A stretch of 64,000 nt of DNA from Marsupella aquatica. Its lineage: Eukaryota; Plantae; Marchantiophyta. This document shows, one piece after another, positions 54,571 to 64,000 of the stretch (position 1 is its first letter; every line of letters begins with the position of its first letter). The notes below the pieces were generated by a model. That model saw only the letters and a program-made list of their open reading frames with translations, had not been told where the DNA came from and ran no database searches. The stretch lies in contig OZ316896.1 in NCBI GenBank assembly GCA_973895155.1, positions 5,275,925-5,339,924 of the forward strand, written 5' to 3'. Both the position numbers and the translations under genes were made by a program.

Positions 54571-55565
54571 GTCCTGCTAGAGCAGAATGGGACTATGTTC
54601 AGAATGAGACAACTCTGAGTTCACAATACTGCCCTATGACCTATACCAGAGATTTGTGAGTCAATCTATACCGGTGGAGGAACTTATTGTTGCTCGTGTT
54701 TTGCGCTTAACAGCACTGATCACCTTTTGTTTCCACCCCATTCTTCAACTTATAACTCTAATAGCCTACACCTAAGTCTGACGTTAGGAGAGGGGGAAGA
54801 GTCTTCTGGCAAAGTTTAGTCAAAAGTAAAGAGAGGACTAGAACTTGGAAGAAGCTTAGGTTTGAGACAACTATCACAACTTTGCTCGACCATCTAGCCT
54901 TGGATAAGGAACAAGTTACAGAACCCCAAAAAACGATGTTCAGAGAGCCAATTAGTAGGAGCCATCCATCGATGCTCTTGGCTTGAACTTTAGATTAGAT
55001 AAAATATAATATGCGTGGCAATATACCAAAGCATTTTGTCACTAGAAGAGACTCTTCACTTGATGTGCCTAGATTTCTGTAATATGTAAGAGCCATCTTG
55101 TATGCAACTATTCTTAAATATTTGGTCCTTAAACTTTCTAACTTCTTGCCTACAAACCAGTAGACCAACTCTGAATAAAATGCAGAAGTGTTGGTGAGCT
55201 TTTTTGGCTCTTCTGAAAATTGCAGGCGTGAGGTTTTTGGGACCGAAGGATTTGATGCTGAAGAAGTTGGCCTCCCCAAAATGCTGCTTAGGATCATCAT
55301 AAAGCCATCAGTCTCTCTTGCCCCACACAGTTGCCACCAAAGCATTTTAGAACCGCTGCTTTTAGTCCATCTCACAATGCAAGACGGTTCTAAAACTCAA
55401 AAGCTGTCTGACTGATGTGGCAATGGATTCAAAAAAACTCTGTACAGAATTGCTCTGACATTCAGCTGCTACGTTCCTGCAACCACGAATACTTAACCAG
55501 TGCTGTATCACTGCTATGTACAAGAAAACTATAAATTTGTCCATTTATGTGGCCGATGGACGAAA

Positions 55566-58500
55566 CTACAACTTTGACCTTGTCTTCTGCTTTTCCTTGA
55601 GTTGAGCCCTCAAAACTCTTCGCAGAAGCTTGTTAGATGCTGTGCGCGGAAACTCCGAAACAACTTCCACTCCACTCACCTGTACAGGTAAACGGAGAAC
55701 AGCACAATTTGTAAGACAATCATGTCCATAGTCAACTTACTAAAGCTTCGGCCCCACTATATAAATTTCCCTCGAGGGATTCAATCAATGTAGAAGATAG
55801 GTTCCTCACATCTCACTTCAGAGAAGAGCAGAGGCGCTCTAGTGACAACTGGTTTCCTTCTGTTACAATACTACCATGAAACACTTTGCATGCGTTCTAA
55901 GTTATATTCCTTCCTTTAGGAGAGTTACCTTGAACAGGGGATTGAGATTTTTCTGAATAGCCAAGGAAAATGCCTCCTTGCATGTGTCAAGGCTAGGCAC
56001 TGGCCCGTCTTTCAGAACCACCATGATAAAAAGTTGCTCTGGACCACCACCTGGTGGCGATATGGCTAGAGCAGCAGTTTCCAGTATACTTTCGTGAGCA
56101 GTGTTACATACTCTTTCGATCTCAACAGCACTTGCCTGCAACAGCAGTTAGCTACAAAGATTAAGAAAAAACACTAGGGCATGACGTTCAGAGATTGCAT
56201 CAGGAAGGTAGGGAAGTAGTCAGCAAGAAACTTGCTTTCATGTCGTTTGAGAATTCAAGATTGCAATTATACTTGATTCACCACTATTCAGATGCTTTAC
56301 TCTGTGTGCTATTTCAATCGAACCTTTCGACAAACAGCAAAAGCTCCGGAGTCTGCTTAACACCTTAGTAGATGCAATTAGAATGTAACATGGGAGTGTT
56401 ATGTGGCAATCGGCTAGAATAAAGAAACAAGAGAAAACCTTGATTCCACCCAGATTCATAGTGTCGTCCGATCGACCATGCGCTCGATAGTACCCTCCAG
56501 GTGTCCGCTCGAATATGTCACCATGCCTCCTCAATCTCTGCAAGCCAAACAACACACTTCCCTCGTCGTACAACCCAGTGACCAAAACAACTGAATAGAA
56601 CGAGCAAGTCAGAAGGAAAATAAGAACGGGCAAAGGTTTTATATTTCAGGGTCGACTGATATCATGCCAACAAATTAATTATAGCACCAATAGGGCCTTT
56701 TAGCAATTCGCCGGTACTTGAAAGAAACCACCTAATGAGCTAAACCGCTATTTAATTTCGGTGAGAAAGTTCCAGCAGGATTACCTTTCCTTTGCATCTA
56801 GGCATTCCAGTGTAGTAAACTTTCTCATGATCTGCATTCAGTAGGCGGCTTGAGGCACCAAAGTTGACGGCGACCAACCCAATTTCTCCAGTACATGGAT
56901 GATCCTCTGGCTGCAGCATATAGGACATATTATAGTAGGATTGATCACCGGTTGGATGCACGATCGCAAAACTTAACTATGTACACATTCTCACATTTGT
57001 TTATAATGCTTCAGAATGGTAAACACTAGTGTGCACTGGGCAAAAGGTAGAGAGCATCTAATGGTGATAATAAATTTATAGAGAGCCCCTACACTACTAG
57101 GTCCCCACAAAGTATGCAGACAACAAGAGTTGATTTAAGATCCGGGAGGTTTCCCTAAAGTTTCAAAGATCCCAACACATTGAACAAAAATCTCCATCCA
57201 TTAACCACAGATTCATCTAGGTCAGTCAATCATAGTTCTTACACAGGTTTTTTCATCGTCATCCACTAAGACGAATTCACTCATTATGCTTGCACAGTTA
57301 AGTTAGTCAATCATAGTGCTTACATATATATTTCCATTGTCATCCAGTAGGACAAATTCATTCATTACGCTTGCAGTACTGAACGCCGCATATGCTTGTG
57401 GCTGTAGTAAAGAACCTCCAACATAAGCTGATGCAAGCTCCGTTCCTCCACAGCATTCAAGCACAGGTGCCTTGTAGTAGGTTCTACTTGATAGCCACAA
57501 ATCATCGTCCAGACTTGACGCTTCGCCAGTGGAAGAAAAAGCACTGCATCCCAGGGTAAGGGTTTGCATCAACACGCAAGAGAACAAATGGTACGAAATA
57601 AAGGGTTCGTCATGTAACATGGGACATAAATCCCATTAGGTTGGTAAGGATTTAGTTTAGACCTACCCTAAAGTCCATTGTTTGAACTATATTTCTAACC
57701 CTGCCATCCAATTATATGGAACGTAAAGCAGGATACAAAATCCGATCCTTTTGACCCAGGTAGCTAGGTCAACTGATTCCGAGTCCCATTCCTTCCCTGG
57801 CCCTACACTTCCCCTCCCCACAAAGGGACTTGTAGGGGAACACGAGAAGGGAATGTAACACTGACCGTTGGCAGTTTGTTTTATATTGTGCCAAGGGGTC
57901 TTGCTGTTCAAACCCCAAGTTCCTATTCGATACTAAACTACGCTACCTCCCCCGTCCGTTTATTGAAATTAGATAATGACCAGAAACACTGCTGGAACCA
58001 TTTCTTAAATGCTTTCTGTTTCATGACAGCCAGAAGCGGGAATACTATCTAGTTTTGCTAAAATGCAGCGAAAGTATCCAAACGTCCTATATTTCCTCAC
58101 ATTCCTTGTCACATACCGAATCTTCGACCAATCAAGGTTCTGCGTACAATTGGTATTTCTCCAAGTCTTCACAAGGCTTGGAACTGTTCCCTGTATTGTA
58201 ATCCCTACATCCTGAAACATATCCAACTGTTTTGTCAGGTCTTCCTTACAGAGCAGCGAAATTTTGTCCCTAGCATCTCAAATCTAGATTTTGCGCTCTT
58301 ATTAGAGTGTTTTCTCGCTTGCTGGTAGCTGGAACAACACGTTCAAAACTATGTTTGTAAGGTGAGAACCTGCATAAACTTCGCATATCCACGACCAAGG
58401 GGGGAACCATTATACAAAGCCATAGTACCGCCATTAAGTAGGGCAGCATAGATCAAAAAGGGGCCCATCATCCAGCCAAGATTAGTGGGCCATGCAAATA

Positions 58501-61500
58501 TATCTCCAGGTCTCACATCCTGGTGGCCCCAAGCATCAACAGCACATCTGATTGGAGAGAGATGCCCCCAGGGAATAGCTTTAGGCTCCCCTGCAAAAAG
58601 GCAAAGCACAAGCTTCTTACAATGAAAACGGGCCAAAACCAACTGTCCCCACAGAAAGATGAGAAACGTTGGCTAACCTCTCGACGGACAGTGAGAATAG
58701 GAAAGATTTTCAATTTTTCCCTCATCGCAAGTCCATCTAGGCATCCTTCACAAACGGGCACTTACCTGATCTAATGATGTAACTCGTGTTGCTACTTTAG
58801 CATTACCTGTGGTACCAGATGAGAAAAGAATGTTTGTGGTCGATTCTGCTGGAAGTCCAACAGCTTGGAACTCCTCAGGTCTGCAGTAACAGAAATTGTT
58901 CATGAGCACACATTGTGGCTACTATTCAAATTTGTCTCTATTTCTAAGCTAACTATCCAGAAGGGTATGGGCATGAACAGAGAAAAAAAGATTTCAAGTA
59001 GTCGAACCCCTGTTCTTAACCGAGCCTTACTCTCAATATCATAATTGCAACTGACTCCACACACGCTCCAGTCTTTTCAATCTAACGTCATTTTTTAGCA
59101 ACAGACCAAACTAACAGCAGCAGAGACCTTCCAAGTTAGCTCCATCGAGTTGATCTACCTGCTCACTTTGTTTGCAAAAGACAAGAATTCGGCCCATGTC
59201 AGGTCCCCATCTCGCAGCTTCATAGTCACAGCATTACCATTGGCAGGAATGACTATAGCTCTTGGGGCCTTTGCCTCCACCACTCGGCTGTAACCATATC
59301 AAAGTTTCTTGATTAAGTAACCAGATTTTCCTTCTTTTACGCCAATGCAATGATTCCTTTCACTGTTCCTATCTACATTGGATGATAACACGAGAAATTT
59401 GGTTAAGACCATCAGGTTATCTGTCTTTTAGATGCAACCGAGGATTTCGACATCTTCCTAAATCATTCATCGATTCCCATTTCAATAGAATTGGCTCAAA
59501 GTGGTCAACTTCTAGACTTCAACACTAACTGCATGCATACAAATGCATTTTTTCTTGGCCAAACAACACATCCTGGCTTCTCTGCTCATTCTCATTGTTC
59601 CTACCTATACAATGGAAGGCACTTGGGTCCTCTTAAAATGACATCCTACATCAAGCAAGAAACCCACGTTAGTTATTGAACTTGTAGTCCCACTTGTAGT
59701 TCCAAGTGCAGACAACCTGACCTCAAACTGAGGTAACTTGTTTTCATTAGAAAATTGAACTATCAACACTCTGCGGCAAATCCAGCTCCTTTCAAAGGAC
59801 CTCATCATACTAGTAACGTGCAAGATGCACGACGTCTTCTGTTTACTTTCAATTATGATTCGCCCTACTAGACTACTTCTGAAAGGAAGCAAAGGTCTCC
59901 ACTGAGTCAACAGAGGCCTAACGCCTACTCCACAAAAATCAAGGCCGTGCAGACGGGTTTTCCAAAATGTCGAACATAAACCAAAACCAGCTGGCAAGGC
60001 AGGAACCTGGGTGATAATGCCTTTGGCCTGAGAAACCCTACACCTTGTTGCAATTTCTGGGGCAACAAAACTGTCAGCAATCGAGACGACCACCATTCCA
60101 GCCAAGACAATGGCCAAATATGCAACCACTGCATGTACAGTCATGGGCATATCGATTCCAATAGCATCACCCCTCTGGAAACCAGCAGCTACCAATGCGT
60201 TTGCCACTTTGCTGCATCACATCATCCACATACATGTTGGAACCCTCTCAACTTTGCTTAATGACGCCATCGTGGAACAGTCACTTAAGAGCTTACATGT
60301 CCACCATAGATATAAGGGTAAACTCCAAAACCATGAAATCAGAAGCCAAATCGCGTCGGAAGAACTTGTAAAATACACCCAACTGCTTACCTTCACAAGC
60401 AGTTAAGTTTACTGAGACATTGCCATTTGAATTTCTGAATAACAAGTATTCAATTTTGCTAAAGCGAACTTAAAGTGTTATGATCTTACTTTACTTCGGT
60501 GCGCAACTCTGCGTAGGTGAAGGTTTTGGCTGGCAGGTCGTCTGCTCCTTCATCCTTCCACACAATGGCTACACTGTTGGCGGGCTTATTCAACTTCAAG
60601 TTAGGAGAAAGGGCGCTCTCTGCAGCATTCAATATGGCACCTGACAGCCAGATTCCTCCTGGCATCTTCTCGTCGCTCATGTCTAGAATACATTTGGGAT
60701 ACTTATGAAAAACAACACTTACGTATTCATTGAGCACTGTTTCAAGATAAATCTGCACACGGGAGGATAATAATAGAGTCAGAGGGTATCTTGAGAGACA
60801 CACCAAAACAAACGGCCAATAAATCAATGAAAATTACTTTGCAACCCTGGGACAAGACATCATCCAAAATGTTGGCGAAAGGAGATGTTCAGAATTAACT
60901 CATCAAGACAGTGTCCGAAAAGTCATTGGATAGAAGACACAATAGGGACTAGCTGTTGGAAAATTATAAACCAAAAGCTCTTGTGACAGTTCCTGCACTG
61001 CAACGGCATCTATACTGTCTAATGAAGTTATTGATAAATTGCCCCAAAGTGACTGTCCTAGTCTGTCCGTTTCGATCAAACTCCTCGTGTTTCTTTCGTC
61101 CTCTCACCGAATACTGTCTTCAGCCTTACGTCGGTACTCTGGCCTTACTTTTCCAAAGCTGCAGTATTGTTTGTGCACAGTCAGCTAAGGCAAGCCAAAA
61201 CTCTCGATAAGTTTACGAATTTGCTTACTGTTCCTGCTACCTTCGTCTCAGATTACCCGATTGGAATAGACAAATATTTTCACCGTTCCTACTGGCGAAA
61301 AAGTTTCCTTGTTCAGTAGTCGTAGTAGTAGTAGAAGGCGGGTATGACACACATGGCCTCTAAAACCAAGAATAAATCTAAACTTCTAAGTGCATAAATT
61401 AAGAATCACTCTAGCTGTGAACGATACGAAAGACTATACTTTCGGATTCATTAAGTACAGTCTAGATAAATCAGCAAACAGGGGGGACGACAGAAGGGTC

Positions 61501-63037
61501 AATCAGAATCTTAGAGGACACTTCAAAACACGCTGTCTGTGGCAAACTACTTCGCAAGTATGGAAAAAGACATCATCTAAGCCTTCGCGAATGGCGATAC
61601 TACAATCTATTCATCAAATGCCACAAAAGTCACGGGGTAGCGATAGAACAAAGCCCAATTGCAAGATCAACTGTATCCCAACATCTTTGATTGTTACTGA
61701 ATTTTCCTTCTAGAAATCCTCCACATTCCTCTGACATATATCCACTTAAGGAACAATATCCACTACTGCAGTTAGGTATGACGTTACTCTCCAATCCCCC
61801 CTACGCACCTCTGGATGCTCCGCAGACCATCTCCGAAAGGCAGAAAAGCTTTCAATGGGATTCTTGTATGATGGGCCCAACAATTTCTTTCCATGAGTTT
61901 CCATCAAGCGACCGAGATTAGTGCTTCTCGCGGACTCCCTACACAATGACACGTTGGGATCAAAGAGAGCTTTACCATAATTCAAGACTCTACTCCGTCA
62001 ATCAAGAAAGTTCAGATTAGAGCGATACTGCCAAGCGACATCACATTGCAGACCTTGTCATATATGGACATCATAAACTTATCATTTTGGCTGGGAGCCA
62101 GCTCCCTGGGGATTTTAACCGCCAAATGTTTTTTATTAGACAATTCACTTTGATATCCCTTCATTGATATCTCTTAAAAAGCCTTTACTACTCTTTTAGA
62201 AACTTATATTGATCTGCATTATTTCCTGAGATCATGTGGTCTCGCCAGCAAAATGGGGCTTCACAGCATCTGTATGCATTGCGAGATAGAACTTGCCTCA
62301 TGGTAGACTACAAATCTGGAAACCAAACAATAACATAACCCCAACTTCACTGGATTGCCAGACAGGGGGCTTGGCAAAAGATACGATCATACTCGTGATG
62401 CTAGAATTGATACAAATTTTGGGTACATTCACCAAGTCCTTCACAAGCCAAACTAGTCACTACATTGGATTCCCACTTGTCTTCGTATTAGTAGGGGGAA
62501 TCGGGGGAACAGGGACTCCAATGAATTCTGGTAATGCAGCATTGCGGGAGTTTGACCCAAATGACAGGGTTGCTGGGTAGCCTCAGCTGGCTAACAAGTG
62601 TTTAACAGGACAAAGTGAAAGTACGACAATATAATTACAACAATGGCCAAACAAAGTATAATGAAGGACAAAGTCCAAAGCGGACAACGACGCATTTCAT
62701 TCACATCCGCAAAAACGTGGGAGGTCGAGGAAGAAGCAGGAGGAGGAGAAAGGACTTACAAAGAGGGTGTCCAGCCAGGAGGAGGACCCAATTTCTCCTG
62801 GTCCCATTTCTTGTAGGTGGAGTGATACATGAGTTGATGCAGCGCATGAGGATGTTCTGGCTTGAGAAGCGTTTTCGAGATCCTGTCCCATGCGGCAGGC
62901 GAATTGTAATAGCCAATCGACACAATCACTTGACGGAGTCTGTCCAGAAAAATTGGAGCCTGTACTGGTGATAATCCGGTATCGACAAGATCTCGCACCC
63001 CCAAATCCTCCACACTTTTCTCTCCTGCAGTCCCCAT
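55566..63037 (-). CDS. AAE17: Peroxisomal acyl-activating enzyme, AAE17/AAE18 clade (AMP-dependent synthetase), 14 exons, about 733 aa
   Basis: Exons 63037-62760, 61938-61809, 60752-60490, 60211-60007, 59645-59605, 59287-59159, 58880-58807, 58590-58370, 58211-58117, 57543-57324, 56910-56785, 56537-56439, 56135-55929 and 55679-55566 (2202 nt, GT-AG, in frame). AMP-binding motif [17 protein letters not shown], plus [23 protein letters not shown] and [11 protein letters not shown]. Ends RSKL* (PTS1). AAE17 versus AAE18 cannot be resolved by eye. Confidence 0.93.
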
Positions 63038-63657
63038 CCTTCGTCCCTGATGACGCTCCTTCTACCAATGCCTGTGAATTCGTTCTCTGCTGAATAACAC
63101 CCTGCACTACACTTTCGCCCCCGTACCCTCAAGTAAACCTTTGCATGAGCCTCGTGTTCTTCGAGACCAACGAGTCATCAGTGCATTGTGCTCTCCAGAA
63201 GGAGTCTCAATTGTTTATACCAACGTGCCGATGATTCTACTCTAGCAGCAAATTATAGATGACCTCTCTGGTCTGGATGTTAATCAAAAGAGAAGATACT
63301 ACAGCACAGAACTGTACTGAATTTCAGTGGACTCCTTGCATTAAGTCTAACGAGCGAGACTTGTGGTGACTTTTCTGTAAGACCGGATTTGTCTGAAGCA
63401 TTGGGCTCAATCTACTCCATTGGGATTCAATAGTTTTCTGTGTCTACTCCATTGGGATTCAAGAGTATTCTGTGTCTTCGAAATAATTAGACACTGTGGA
63501 GGTCAAACGTCAGCAGCAGCAGGGCAAGACCAATTGGAAGATGGTGAGACTTCACCAACCAGCCCGTTTGGTGCTGACGACCAAATGACTAGAAGCATCA
63601 GTTCTAAGAGCATCTCCACAGGTTTGGTGGCCGAAGCTCCCAGAACAAGAATCATAG

Positions 63658-63835
63658 AAATAGAGGTGCTTTTACTGGCATTCAGAAACCACCTCCATTC
63701 AGAAATCGTGTGTTTGTTTCACATTTAAATAGAGGTGCTTTTACTGGCATTCGGAAACCACCTCCATTCCATAATTCGTGTGTTTGTTTCACATAGAAAT
63801 AGAGGTGCTTTTACTAGCATTCAGAAACCACCTCA
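63658..63835. repeat. About 69-bp tandem repeat, about 2.6 copies
   Basis: aaatagaggtgcttttact(g/a)gcattc(a/g)gaaaccacctc occurs three times. Confidence 0.92.
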
Positions 63836-64000
63836 ATACAATCTAAATTTTCCACAATTTCAGTATTATTATGTCTTTTACTAGCGATGTTGAGATGAGA
63901 AAAGATGTCAATGAGAGAAAAAAAAAAACTGAAGTGAAGAAAAGAAATAGAGGTGAGAAAAATATGTCAAAGAGAGAAAAGATGACAAGGTACAAAAAAC

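Overview
Eukaryotic, intron-rich plant DNA, most likely from a liverwort: it encodes the CLE dodecapeptide HKNPAGPNPIGN, which I recall as the Marchantia MpCLE1 peptide, and a histone H4 with KVFRDN. Four genes look intact, with exons reconstructed by hand from splice signals: a 3-exon TDIF/H-type CLE precursor (6070-7217, -, only partly visible in the ORF track), histone H4 (35780-36091, +), a 7-exon INT2/INT4-type inositol transporter (47614-52276, +) and a 14-exon peroxisomal acyl-activating enzyme AAE17/18 ending in SKL (55566-63037, -). A complete Ty1/copia element (14761-21209, -) has both LTRs, a tRNA-iMet PBS, a PPT and a GAAAA target-site duplication (TSD); its gag-pol is one frame broken by four C>T-type stops. 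Also present: an inverted, intron-retaining AAE pseudogene (about 36.8-40.7 kb), a PLS-type PPR relic, a 285-bp solo LTR and many short tandem duplications. I cannot establish a novel system from the sequence alone. The best unexplained leads are a decayed intronless ORF of about 440 codons at 32.6-33.9 kb (candidate endogenous viral or horizontally acquired gene), an ORF at 382-819 with a P2X7-ballast/KolX-like C-terminal motif, and the PPR relic.
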